A stretch of 64,000 nt of DNA from an uncultured Planctomycetales bacterium (lineage in GTDB: Bacteria; Omnitrophota; Gorgyraeia; Zapsychrales; Fredricksoniimonadaceae): positions 910,290-974,289 of the forward strand of contig CAZNDZ010000001.1 of NCBI GenBank assembly GCA_964572155.1. The letters run 5' to 3'. Below the pieces are notes generated by a model. It had not been told where the DNA came from. It made no database searches and was given only the letters and a program-made list of their open reading frames with translations. Shown piece by piece: positions 18,041-26,696 of this stretch (positions are counted from its first letter, which is position 1; each line of letters opens with the position of its first letter). The position numbers and the translations under genes were made by a program.

Positions 18041-19254
18041 ATTTAAAAGTTAATCCGATCCCATCATTGCAAGGCAGCATTTATCTGCCAGCTTCAAAAT
18101 CATATTCCATCCGCGCTCATTTCATTAGTGCATGTGGTGGCAATTCTAGCATCCTAGGGTTTTCTAACTGTGATGATGCCATGGTTGCTAAAACAATCGC
18201 CAAAGATTTATCGCTCAAGAAAAAAGTTTATAATGTCGGCGAATCAGGAACATCGCTTCGATTTTTATTGCCTTTATTATCATTGCATGTACCAAGCGCA
18301 AAGGTGAATGGTAAGGGCACGCTCATCGGTCGACCGAATCATCATTTATGTGAAGCATTGCGTGCGAATGGGATGGACATTGTGGGCGATGGTCCAAAAG
18401 AGTCTGTGCCAATTGTGTATCGTGGTGGGCAGATTAAAACAGGCGTCATTTCTATTGATGGGTCGGTGAGTTCGCAGTTTATTTCAGCATTATTGATCAC
18501 CTTGCCACGTTTAAAAGAAAATACGCGGATTGTCATCACTGGTAAAAAATTAGTCTCCAGTGATTATATTGTGATGACCAGACAAATATTAGCCGCTGCA
18601 GGGATTAAGGTAACGCAGAAATCTCCTCGAGAAATCATCATCAAAGGCAATCAACAATTTAAAGGCTTAAAGAAATTTCATGTCCCATCCGATTATGGAT
18701 TGGCGGCATTCCCCATGGCTGCGGCCGCTTTGTTGCCTTCTAAAGTTATTTTAAAAGGTGCTTTTAATGATCGTTACATTCAGTCCGATGGACATATTTT
18801 GAATTTTTTAAAAAAGATGGGTGTTAAATTTACCAGAAGTTCAAGCGCCATCACCATGCGAGGGCCGTTTCAATTAAAGGGCGGCGTGTTTTCTTTAAAA
18901 GATTGTCCAGATTTGGTGCCGATCATGAGCGTCTTGGGAATGTTTGCAAAAGGTAAAACAACCTTGACTAATATCGCGCACGCGCGCGTTAAAGAATCAG
19001 ACCGCATCAGTGATTTAGCCAAGGAATTAAAAAAGGTGGGGGCTTGCGTTGTAGAAAAACCGGATTCTTTAACCATTATCCCGCAAGAAAAGTATGTGAC
19101 AGACCAAATTTTAGACCCGCATCACGATCACCGTTTAGCCATGGCTTTCGCTGTTTTGGGTTTAAGGGTGGGCTTGACCATTCAAAACATTGAGTGCACC
19201 CATAAGTCTTACCCTGATTTTGCCAAAGACATGAAAACTCTTGGAATGGCTTAA
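18037..19254 (+). CDS. aroA: 3-phosphoshikimate 1-carboxyvinyltransferase (EPSP synthase)
   Basis: EPT-family fold with 'LPASKSYSIRAHF' (compare AroA 'LPGSKSISNR'). Distinct from the MurA at 52907, which has 'SGSKNATLP'. 405 aa. Confidence 0.7.
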   Translation: MNLKVNPIPSLQGSIYLPASKSYSIRAHFISACGGNSSILGFSNCDDAMVAKTIAKDLSLKKKVYNVGESGTSLRFLLPLLSLHVPSAKVNGKGTLIGRPNHHLCEALRANGMDIVGDGPKESVPIVYRGGQIKTGVISIDGSVSSQFISALLITLPRLKENTRIVITGKKLVSSDYIVMTRQILAAAGIKVTQKSPREIIIKGNQQFKGLKKFHVPSDYGLAAFPMAAAALLPSKVILKGAFNDRYIQSDGHILNFLKKMGVKFTRSSSAITMRGPFQLKGGVFSLKDCPDLVPIMSVLGMFAKGKTTLTNIAHARVKESDRISDLAKELKKVGACVVEKPDSLTIIPQEKYVTDQILDPHHDHRLAMAFAVLGLRVGLTIQNIECTHKSYPDFAKDMKTLGMA

Positions 19255-19357
19255 GTTATAGCGATAAAAACGTTTGACACCGCTGTTTGTTTTAAGTATC
19301 ATGTCCAACATGGTAAATCAAGTTCAAAAACTTTTTCGCAAAGCATCCGATGCCTTC

Positions 19358-20383
19358 ATGGGCATGTTCTCTAAAGACATGGGCATTGACTTAGGCACAG
19401 CTACAACCTTAGTTTACGTTAAAGGTGAAGGTGTGGTTTTGTGTGAACCTTCTGTCGTTGCTATTGAAAAAGATACCAATCGTGTTGTTGCTGTTGGTGA
19501 AGAAGCAAAGAAAATGTTAGGCCGCACCCCAGGCAGCATCGTGGCGATCCGTCCTATGAAGGATGGGGTTATTTCCGATTTCGAAGTGACTGAAGCCATG
19601 CTGAAATATTTCATTCAAAAAGTACAACCCAGTAAATTTTCATTTCGTCCAACCATTGTTATTGCAATCCCGTCGGGTATTACCGAAGTTGAAAAACGCG
19701 CGGTAATTGATTCCGCCGAGCATGCCGGTGCCCGTAATGTTATTTTAATTGAAGAACCTAAAGCTGCGGCGATTGGTGTTGGTTTACCTGTCCATGAACC
19801 TGCAGGTAACATGATCATTGATATCGGTGGTGGTACAACCGAATTTGCTGTTATCTCTTTAGGTGGTTTAGTCTATGCCAAGTCAATCCGCATTGCCGGT
19901 GATGAAATGGACATGGCCATCATTGAATATTTACGAAAGACCTATAACTTGATGATCGGTGAACGCACCGCGGAAGAAATTAAAATCCGTTTGGGTTCTG
20001 CCTATCCTTTAGAAGAAGAATTAAACATGGACGTTCGCGGTCGTGATTTGATTGCAGGATTGCCGAAGACAATTAATATCACATCTGTTGAGATTCGTGA
20101 AGCCTTGCAAGATCCTGTGCAAGCCATCGTCGATGCATCAAAATCAACGTTGGAACATACCCCCCCAGAACTTGCTGCGGATTTAATTGACCGTGGTATT
20201 GTTATGGCTGGTGGTGGTTCATTGTTACGCGGTTTGGACAAACGCATCGCTGAGGAAACAGGACTTCCTGTCCATGTTGCGGATGATCCTCTAACTGCGG
20301 TGGTCATGGGAACAGGTGAGACGTTAAATATGTCTGCCACCATGCGTCGCCGTTTTACTGCGCAAGCTAAGCTTGACTTCTAA
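19358..20383 (+). CDS. mreB: Rod-shape-determining actin homolog MreB
   Basis: '[25 protein letters not shown]' and '[17 protein letters not shown]' actin-fold motifs. Start refined to ATG 19358. Confidence 0.9.
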   Translation: MGMFSKDMGIDLGTATTLVYVKGEGVVLCEPSVVAIEKDTNRVVAVGEEAKKMLGRTPGSIVAIRPMKDGVISDFEVTEAMLKYFIQKVQPSKFSFRPTIVIAIPSGITEVEKRAVIDSAEHAGARNVILIEEPKAAAIGVGLPVHEPAGNMIIDIGGGTTEFAVISLGGLVYAKSIRIAGDEMDMAIIEYLRKTYNLMIGERTAEEIKIRLGSAYPLEEELNMDVRGRDLIAGLPKTINITSVEIREALQDPVQAIVDASKSTLEHTPPELAADLIDRGIVMAGGGSLLRGLDKRIAEETGLPVHVADDPLTAVVMGTGETLNMSATMRRRFTAQAKLDF

Positions 20384-20388
20384 TTTTT

Positions 20389-21177
20389 GTGTATCGCAAA
20401 TTTCTTAAACCAGCCATTTATCTAGTCATCTTTATCATCCCCTTAAGCATTGTTTTGTTTAAACCAAAATCACCAACGGCGATCGCGGTACTAGACAGAG
20501 CCTCAAGGCCTATCAATGCTGTTCAAGAATTTGTCTTTGAGTTTAAAAAGTTTTGGTATGCGCATGACACGTGGGATGCGTACATGCGTTTGCGCAATCA
20601 AACAGATTTGTTGAAGGCCAAAGTGATTAAGTTGCAAGAAATGAATTTAGAAGCGAATCGTTTGGAGGCGATCAATGAGTATCGTCGGCATCAAACTTTT
20701 ACAACGGTTGTGGCCAATGTGGTTGGTCGGGATCCGTCGAGTTGGAATGCTTCATTGATTCTAGATAAGGGTAGTATTCATGCGATCAAGGTGGGCATGC
20801 CCATTGTAAGCCCATTGGGGGTTGTTGGTAAGATCATTGAAGTTGGTAAGACCACCAGCAAAGCAATTCTTTTATCTGATCCAAACTTCAGTGTTGCCGC
20901 CGTGGTGAGTCGCACACGTGAGCATGGATTGTTAACGGGCACATTGCAAGGTGTTTGTCGTTTGCAATATTTAACCGATAATGCGGATGTGAAAGTAGGG
21001 GATAAAGTTGTCACATCAAAATTAAGTTCATCATTCCCAGAAGGCTTATTTGTTGGCACCATCGTCGATGTGCAGGCATCTCAAAATAGTCATACCGTTG
21101 AATGTTTGGTTGACCCTGCAGTTGATTTATCGGTCTTAGAAGAAGTTGTGATTTTAAAATCAGGAGCGCAATCGTGA
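20389..21177 (+). CDS. mreC: Rod-shape-determining protein MreC
   Basis: N-terminal TM helix, coiled coil, beta domain 'GMPIVSPLGVVGKIIEVGKTTSKAILLSD'; directly downstream of mreB. Confidence 0.8.
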   Translation: MYRKFLKPAIYLVIFIIPLSIVLFKPKSPTAIAVLDRASRPINAVQEFVFEFKKFWYAHDTWDAYMRLRNQTDLLKAKVIKLQEMNLEANRLEAINEYRRHQTFTTVVANVVGRDPSSWNASLILDKGSIHAIKVGMPIVSPLGVVGKIIEVGKTTSKAILLSDPNFSVAAVVSRTREHGLLTGTLQGVCRLQYLTDNADVKVGDKVVTSKLSSSFPEGLFVGTIVDVQASQNSHTVECLVDPAVDLSVLEEVVILKSGAQS

Positions 21178-21890
21178 ATGCCATTGAAATAAAAGACGTG
21201 GTTAAGACATATAAAACAGGCACAAAGGCATTGAAAGAAGTTAGCTTAACCGTCGCAAAAGGCGACTTCTTTGCCTTGCTTGGCGCTAATGGGGCAGGCA
21301 AGACGACACTAATTAGCATCATTACTGGTTTGGTGAATAAAACATCGGGTACGATTAAAGTGTACGGCCATGACATTGATCATGATTTTTCAGCAGCTAA
21401 AGGCTGTTTGGGTGTTGTGCCACAGGAATTTAATTTTAACATGTTTGAAAAAGTTGAAGATATTGTGGTTAATCAAGCGGGTTATTTTGGGGTGGATTAT
21501 CCGATAGCTAAAAAAGATGCTGAGCAAATCTTGAAGAAAGTTGGGCTTTGGGAAAAGCGTAATACCATGGCGCGGACATTGTCCGGCGGTATGAAGCGAA
21601 GGCTGATGATTGCACGCGCGCTCATCCATCATCCAAAGATTTTAATCTTGGACGAGCCAACTGCTGGTGTCGACGTTGAGTTGCGCATTGGCATGTGGGA
21701 ATATTTAAGAGAAATTAACGCGCAGGGCACCACCATTATTTTAACCACGCATTATCTAGAAGAAGTCGAACAAATGTGCCGTCATGCTGCCATCATCAAG
21801 AAGGGTGAAATAGCACGTTTGGATACTGTTGTGAACTTAACCAAGAATCAAAAGTTAGAAAAAACTTTTCTGGAGATCATCAAAGAATGA
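21174..21890 (+). CDS. ABC transporter ATP-binding protein
   Basis: Walker A 'GANGAGKTT', signature 'LSGGMKRRL', Walker B 'ILILDEP'. Confidence 0.85.
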   Translation: MNAIEIKDVVKTYKTGTKALKEVSLTVAKGDFFALLGANGAGKTTLISIITGLVNKTSGTIKVYGHDIDHDFSAAKGCLGVVPQEFNFNMFEKVEDIVVNQAGYFGVDYPIAKKDAEQILKKVGLWEKRNTMARTLSGGMKRRLMIARALIHHPKILILDEPTAGVDVELRIGMWEYLREINAQGTTIILTTHYLEEVEQMCRHAAIIKKGEIARLDTVVNLTKNQKLEKTFLEIIKE

Positions 21891-22660
21891 CATTCGCTGC
21901 TCAACTCATATCGCTAAAAACGATCATACGTAAGGAAATTACGCGTATCATGCGCATCTGGACGCAGACCTTGTTGCCGCCTCTGGTAACACAGACATTA
22001 TATTTTTTAATCTTTGGAAAATTCATCGGCTCTCAAGTGGCTGCGATCAATGGCATTAGTTATATGGCCTTCATCGTCCCAGGGCTTGTCATGATGGCGA
22101 TCATCAGCAGTGCCTACGGCAATGTGGTCAGTTCATTCTTTGGTGCAAAATTTCAGCGCAACATTGAAGAAGTTTTAGTGTCTCCGACGCCAGAATGGGT
22201 GATCATTTTAGGTTATGTCTGTGGCGGGTTGATCCGTGGGTTTATCGTTGGTACGCTTGTATTTTTAATTTCTATCTTCTTTGTGCATCCGGTCGTGCAT
22301 AATATTTGGATCGTTTTATTCTTTATGATCTTTACATCCATTGTGTTCTCGTTAGCAGCATTGATCAATGGTATCTTCGCACATAATTTTGATGAGGTGG
22401 CATTATTCCAGAACTTTATCTTAACGCCGTTTATTTACTTGGGCGGCGTGTTCTATTCGATTAGCCATTTGCCACATGGTTGGCAAGTTTTTTCATATTT
22501 TAATCCGCTCGTCTATATGATCAATGGTTTCCGTTACGGATTCTTTGGATTTTGTGATGTGTCATTATGGATTTGTGCATTTATTGTCATTGTCTTGACA
22601 ATCGTTTTAGCCTGGGCTAATTTATATCTTTTGAAGAAGGGTATTGGGATTAAATCTTAA
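21887..22660 (+). CDS. ABC-2 type transporter permease
   Basis: 257 aa with six predicted TM helices; translationally coupled to the ATPase gene. Confidence 0.75.
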   Translation: MTFAAQLISLKTIIRKEITRIMRIWTQTLLPPLVTQTLYFLIFGKFIGSQVAAINGISYMAFIVPGLVMMAIISSAYGNVVSSFFGAKFQRNIEEVLVSPTPEWVIILGYVCGGLIRGFIVGTLVFLISIFFVHPVVHNIWIVLFFMIFTSIVFSLAALINGIFAHNFDEVALFQNFILTPFIYLGGVFYSISHLPHGWQVFSYFNPLVYMINGFRYGFFGFCDVSLWICAFIVIVLTIVLAWANLYLLKKGIGIKS

Positions 22661-22683
22661 AAAAGGTGACTGTCACCTTTTTA
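22661..22683. terminator. Intrinsic terminator hairpin (GGTGAc-t-gTCACC) flanked by A and T runs, possibly bidirectional
   Basis: 'aaaaGGTGACtGTCACCttttt' between the permease stop and the yceI start. Confidence 0.6.
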
Positions 22684-22698
22684 CACATGGAGGAAGGT

Positions 22699-23277
22699 AT
22701 GAAAAAGTTAATGTTATTAGTACTGGGTGTTTTGTTTTCATTCAATGTGCATGCCGCAGATGAGTACATACTTGATAATGCGCATTCACAAATTGGTTTC
22801 TCCGTTAAGCATTTGATGGTGTCGACAACCAAAGGTTTCTTTGGTGATTATACTGGTAGCATTACTTTTGATCCTGCTGATCTAAAAGCTTTTAAAGCCG
22901 AAGCCGTCATCCAAAGTAAGAGCATCAACACAAGCAATGAAAAACGCGATGAACATCTGCGTGCTGCCGATTTCTTTGATGTTGCACAATTCCCAACAAT
23001 CACCTTTACCAGCAAATCTTTAACAGGTGATAAGGGCAAATATACGCTCGTGGGTGATTTAACCATGCATGGTGTCACCAAAGAAGTATCTTTTCCCGTT
23101 GAAATCGCCGGCCCCGTCAAAAGTCCCTTTGGCGATATAGCCATCGGCCTTTCAGGTTCCTTAACCATCAACCGCCAAGATTATGGGGTTAAATGGAATA
23201 AGAATCTAGATAATGGTGGGTTAGCTGTCGGTGATGAGGTTGTTATCAATGTTGATTTAGAAGCGCATAAGAAGTAA
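22699..23277 (+). CDS. yceI: YceI-family periplasmic polyisoprenoid-binding protein
   Basis: Signal peptide 'MKKLMLLVLGVLFSFNVHA', then 'YILDNAHSQIGFSVKHLMVSTTKGFF'. SD 'GGAGGAAGG'. Confidence 0.8.
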   Translation: MKKLMLLVLGVLFSFNVHAADEYILDNAHSQIGFSVKHLMVSTTKGFFGDYTGSITFDPADLKAFKAEAVIQSKSINTSNEKRDEHLRAADFFDVAQFPTITFTSKSLTGDKGKYTLVGDLTMHGVTKEVSFPVEIAGPVKSPFGDIAIGLSGSLTINRQDYGVKWNKNLDNGGLAVGDEVVINVDLEAHKK

Positions 23278-23297
23278 TTTTTCATTAAAGTTTTACC

Positions 23298-23337
23298 TAA
23301 AGCCCTTTGCCTATAAAGCAAAGGGCTTTTTATTTTT
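23298..23337 (+). terminator. Rho-independent terminator
   Basis: 'AAAGCCCTTTGCctataaaGCAAAGGGCTTTTTATTTTT'. Confidence 0.8.
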
Positions 23338-23438
23338 CTAACCCATTGGTGCTACAGCTGTTTAAAGCCAGTCATGACAGCGTCGATGCAGAGCTGAAAA
23401 CGTTTCCTCGAAAACGCTCATATGCCCTTGTAGGGGGC

Positions 23439-23466
23439 TTGACAGGTGCTATCCTTGTTGTAGAAG
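23439..23466 (+). promoter_or_regulatory. Sigma70-like promoter (TTGACA-16 nt-TAGAAG) ahead of a ~70-nt leader
   Basis: Perfect -35 hexamer at 23439..23444. The leader contains hairpin AGGACggaaaggatagGTCCT, which encloses the SD. Confidence 0.35.
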
Positions 23467-23537
23467 CTTAAGTGAGCCTAAGGCTTGCTAAGGCTTTTAG
23501 TCCCGGTTCAAACCCAGGACGGAAAGGATAGGTCCTT

Positions 23538-24197
23538 ATGAATACTTCATTCATTCTGGATCCATTAAAGACAGTGTTTAGTATGATTATTACTTATGTG
23601 CCGACGATTATAGGCGTTTTAGCAGCCTTAGTTATTGGTGGAATTATTGCACGCGAAGTCGGAAAAGTTGTTAGCTCATTCTTAAAGAGCGTCCACATTG
23701 ACAAAGTCAGCTCAACAGTTGGGCTTGATCATGTCTTGACAACCGGCGGTATTAAACGCCATGTCAGCGACCTGATCGGTCATGTGGTCTCTTTGGGGAT
23801 TACCATCACGGTGTTGGTAATCGCATTGAGCTATGCCGGCATCACCGTGATCGGGACCGTAACAGACCCAATCATGAGCTATGTACCTACGGTTATTACC
23901 GGGGTATTGATCTTAATGGTGGGTATGTTCTTAGCGCATATCGTCTCAGTATTTGTTCGCTTGGTTGCGGCAAATACCGCTATGCCTAAACCCGAATTAC
24001 TTGCAACGTTTACAAAGTGGGCCGTTGTGCTCATGGCCATCTCGGCTTTTGTCGATAAGATTGGCTTTGGGTATTTATTCACCGGTACACCATTGATCTT
24101 AATGATTGCGTCACTTGGCCTTGGCTTAGGTTTGGCCTTTGGTTTAGGTGGTCGCGATCATGCCGCCCATTATCTCGATAAGTTGTTTAAGAGATAA
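23538..24197 (+). CDS. Polytopic membrane protein with repeated short TM-helix modules (function unknown)
   Basis: 219 aa with five to six hydrophobic helices, an internal repeat of a helix-loop unit, and GLGLGLAFGLGG near the C-terminus. Confidence 0.55.
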   Translation: MNTSFILDPLKTVFSMIITYVPTIIGVLAALVIGGIIAREVGKVVSSFLKSVHIDKVSSTVGLDHVLTTGGIKRHVSDLIGHVVSLGITITVLVIALSYAGITVIGTVTDPIMSYVPTVITGVLILMVGMFLAHIVSVFVRLVAANTAMPKPELLATFTKWAVVLMAISAFVDKIGFGYLFTGTPLILMIASLGLGLGLAFGLGGRDHAAHYLDKLFKR

Positions 24198-24245
24198 GTA
24201 AAGATCCCTCAGCTACTCTGTATGGGGCAGGGTAGCTTCCACAGG

Positions 24246-24287
24246 GTCCCGGAGTCCGCAAGGGCTTCGGGACTCGTCCTTTTTTAG
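24246..24287 (+). terminator. Rho-independent terminator
   Basis: 'GTCCCGgagtccgcaagggcttCGGGACtcgtccTTTTTT'. Confidence 0.65.
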
Positions 24288-24346
24288 CCCATCTTTGTCA
24301 CAATATTTCTGTTGTGCACAGGAAACTTTATGGTATACTACCGGCC

Positions 24347-24640
24347 ATGGAAAAAAGGCAATATCCGCGTTTTGATTTTACTGAGCCGGTCGGCTATCAC
24401 GATGATGAGGGGTATCCCGAGTCAGGTAGTTTAGCGGCTGATCTTAGTCAAAGTGGGGTGCGCATTAGGATTAATGAATTTGTGCCATTGCGCAAGGTCA
24501 TAAGTCTTAAGCTTCACTTAAATAATCCAACGCGCGTGGTGTCTGTCCGAGGTCAAGTGATGTGGGTCCGTGAAGTTCCGTATAGCGAGAGCTTTGATGT
24601 GGGTATCCGTTTCTTGGAAATTTTAAAAAATGTCGTTTGA
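24347..24640 (+). CDS. PilZ-domain (c-di-GMP-binding) protein
   Basis: RxxxR motif 'RQYPRF' and D-x-S-x-x-G motif 'DLSQSGVRI'. Start chosen at ATG 24347; the track ORF starts at GTG 24314. Confidence 0.65.
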   Translation: MEKRQYPRFDFTEPVGYHDDEGYPESGSLAADLSQSGVRIRINEFVPLRKVISLKLHLNNPTRVVSVRGQVMWVREVPYSESFDVGIRFLEILKNVV

Positions 24641-24654
24641 AAGGATAATGTTTT

Positions 24655-24843
24655 ATGGCCGATGAAAAACCAGCCGTGGTCGAAGAAATCAAGAATTGCC
24701 CGGCATGTAAAAAACCTTTAAAAAGAGCCCGTCGTTTTTACCGTAATGGTGGGTATTATTGCAACGCCAACTGCTTCAAAAAAGCAGATGCTACCGCTAA
24801 AGAAGCAAAAGCTAAAGCGCAAGCTGAAGCCCCAGCAGCATAA
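24655..24843 (+). CDS. Small zinc-ribbon protein with Ala/Lys-rich tail
   Basis: 62 aa with 'CPACKK...YCNANC' (four Cys) and C-terminal 'KEAKAKAQAEAPAA'. Confidence 0.45.
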   Translation: MADEKPAVVEEIKNCPACKKPLKRARRFYRNGGYYCNANCFKKADATAKEAKAKAQAEAPAA

Positions 24844-24857
24844 TCATTTTTTCAGGA

Positions 24858-25244
24858 GTGACTGTGTCAAAAGCGAATCCCCAAGGTGCAGAACGTCGCA
24901 GGCATTTTCGTTTAGATCATAATGTTCCGGTCAAAATATCCAGTGCAGATCTGGATATTGTGACGGAAACATCGAATTTAAGTTGTTCGGGTGCGTTTTG
25001 TCGCGTTAATAAATTTATCGCGCCAATGACCAAGCTCAAGCTTAATTTATTACTGCCCATTCGCAAGAACAATAAGATCGTTACCAAACGTGTTCATTGC
25101 GAAGGGGTGGTTGTTCGTGCCGAATCTGTCCCAACAGGGGATTATTTTCAAACCGCTATTTTCTTTAGTGATATTTCTCCCAAAGATGCGCAAGTCATTC
25201 ACGATTTTGTTGAATCAATCGTCAAAGAAAAAAATCAAACCTAA
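24858..25244 (+). CDS. PilZ-domain (c-di-GMP-binding) protein
   Basis: 'RRRHFRL' (RxxxR) and 'NLSCSGAF' ([DN]xSxxG); 128 aa. Confidence 0.65.
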   Translation: MTVSKANPQGAERRRHFRLDHNVPVKISSADLDIVTETSNLSCSGAFCRVNKFIAPMTKLKLNLLLPIRKNNKIVTKRVHCEGVVVRAESVPTGDYFQTAIFFSDISPKDAQVIHDFVESIVKEKNQT

Positions 25245-25907
25245 ATGAGTTCACCGTCAGTCCAAGTCTTGTATGAAGATGAAATTGCTTTTGTCTTCTA
25301 TAAACCTGCGGGCCTTTTGACAATCCCAACTGATAAGGGTGTTGAGCAAAGTTTATATCGTTTGGTCAATCAGATTTATCCAGTCCCAGAAGGTTTGTTG
25401 CCAGCACACAGGTTAGATCGCGACACGTCGGGAGTTATCTTGTTTGCCAAGGGTAAGGCTAATCAAGATTTGCTCATGCAATTGTTTAAGGAAAAGAAAG
25501 TTAAGAAGCAGTATGTGGCTTTTGTGCATGGCAAAGTGGAGAGAAAAGAAGGCACCATTCGCATCCCCATCAAAGATTTTTTCCAAAGAAAATTCAATCG
25601 TCAAATGCCAGCACAATCAGCCTTGACGCACTATAGGGTTAGAGATTATTATAAAGACTTTAGTGTGGTGGATGTGATGCCAATCACAGGCCGTACCAAT
25701 CAGATCCGCATCCATATGGCCAAGATTGGTCATCCGATCGTCGGTGAAGATAAGTATGCGTTTCGCAAAGATTTTGAATTACGCTTTAGACGCACGGCCT
25801 TGCATGCAGCTGTCTTAGAATGGCCACATCCAAAGACCGGGAAAATGATCCGCGTCGAAGCACCTTTAGCGGCGGACATGCAGGAATTCTTAAAGAAACA
25901 TTCATAA
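25245..25907 (+). CDS. RluA-family pseudouridine synthase
   Basis: 'HRLDRDTSGVILFAKG' catalytic motif; 220 aa with no S4 domain. Confidence 0.85.
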   Translation: MSSPSVQVLYEDEIAFVFYKPAGLLTIPTDKGVEQSLYRLVNQIYPVPEGLLPAHRLDRDTSGVILFAKGKANQDLLMQLFKEKKVKKQYVAFVHGKVERKEGTIRIPIKDFFQRKFNRQMPAQSALTHYRVRDYYKDFSVVDVMPITGRTNQIRIHMAKIGHPIVGEDKYAFRKDFELRFRRTALHAAVLEWPHPKTGKMIRVEAPLAADMQEFLKKHS

Positions 25908-25922
25908 CGAAAGAGGTTTTAC

Positions 25923-26222
25923 ATGGAAAAACGTTCACTTAATGAATGGTCAGCATATTGTCACGGCATTGCTAAAGAAAAAGGTTTTTGGGAAAAAGAA
26001 CGCAATGTGGGTGAAGCGTTGATGCTCGTTGTGACCGAACTTGCTGAAGCCATGGAAGGCTATCGTCATAATGATCAAGCCAATTTCAAAGAAGAATTAG
26101 CAGATACGTATATTCGTTTATTCGATTTATGCGGCGGGCTTGGCATTGACATTGAAGCAGAAATTTCAAAGAAAACTGAATTTAATAAAAGTCGTCCCTA
26201 CAAACATGGCAAGCAGTGTTAA
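25923..26222 (+). CDS. MazG-like nucleotide pyrophosphohydrolase domain protein
   Basis: 99 aa all-alpha protein with 'VVTELAEAMEGY' and 'KEELADTYIRL' EExx(E/D)-type metal-binding helices. Confidence 0.5.
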   Translation: MEKRSLNEWSAYCHGIAKEKGFWEKERNVGEALMLVVTELAEAMEGYRHNDQANFKEELADTYIRLFDLCGGLGIDIEAEISKKTEFNKSRPYKHGKQC

Positions 26223-26239
26223 TGATTAAGGGAGCGTCT

Positions 26240-26695
26240 ATGCGTTTTGCCTTGTGTTTGATTTTGCTTATGTTCACGAGTGCTTGCACGACGGTTAACG
26301 TCGGTAATTATATTAAATCCGACCATCCATACACAAAAAAGATTTATGGAAATTTTGATAAAATTCTAGAAACTGTTCGGCAGGTCCTGGCTAAGAATGG
26401 ATATAAGGTTACATCTGAATCGTATCCATCGGTGTATGAACGTTCAGCTGATGAACATCGTGAAACACCAAAAGATGTTTTACTCTTTACCGAGATTAAG
26501 CAGCATTCAATGGTTCTATATTCATCGTATACACATTTAAATGTGTTTGTGCATGCCGTGGCAGAAGGCGCTGAAGTGGAAGTGCGTTATGGCAAGGTCA
26601 CCTCGGCGTTGATCAAAGATTTTCAAAATACACGCAATGATAAATTAGGAAACGCTATTTTAGATCAAATCGAACGTGCGATGTTGGTTAATTAA
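26240..26695 (+). CDS. Lipoprotein (function unknown)
   Basis: Signal peptide with lipobox 'MRFALCLILLMFTSAC'; SD 'AAGGGAG' 7 nt upstream of ATG 26240. Confidence 0.55.
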   Translation: MRFALCLILLMFTSACTTVNVGNYIKSDHPYTKKIYGNFDKILETVRQVLAKNGYKVTSESYPSVYERSADEHRETPKDVLLFTEIKQHSMVLYSSYTHLNVFVHAVAEGAEVEVRYGKVTSALIKDFQNTRNDKLGNAILDQIERAMLVN

Positions 26696-26696
26696 T

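Noticed and set aside
23495-23530. tRNA-like T-arm motif 'GGTTCAAACCC' suggesting a tRNA gene
   Set aside because: The flanks do not form a 5-bp T-stem (CCCGG vs CCAGG). No acceptor stem or anticodon arm can be built, so there is no tRNA.
26676-26696. ATG at 26676 as the uvrB start
   Set aside because: It would add 7 residues that overlap the upstream lipoprotein gene and have no counterpart in UvrB N-termini. The GTG at 26697 gives the canonical 'MEKFVLQSDFKPVADQ' start.
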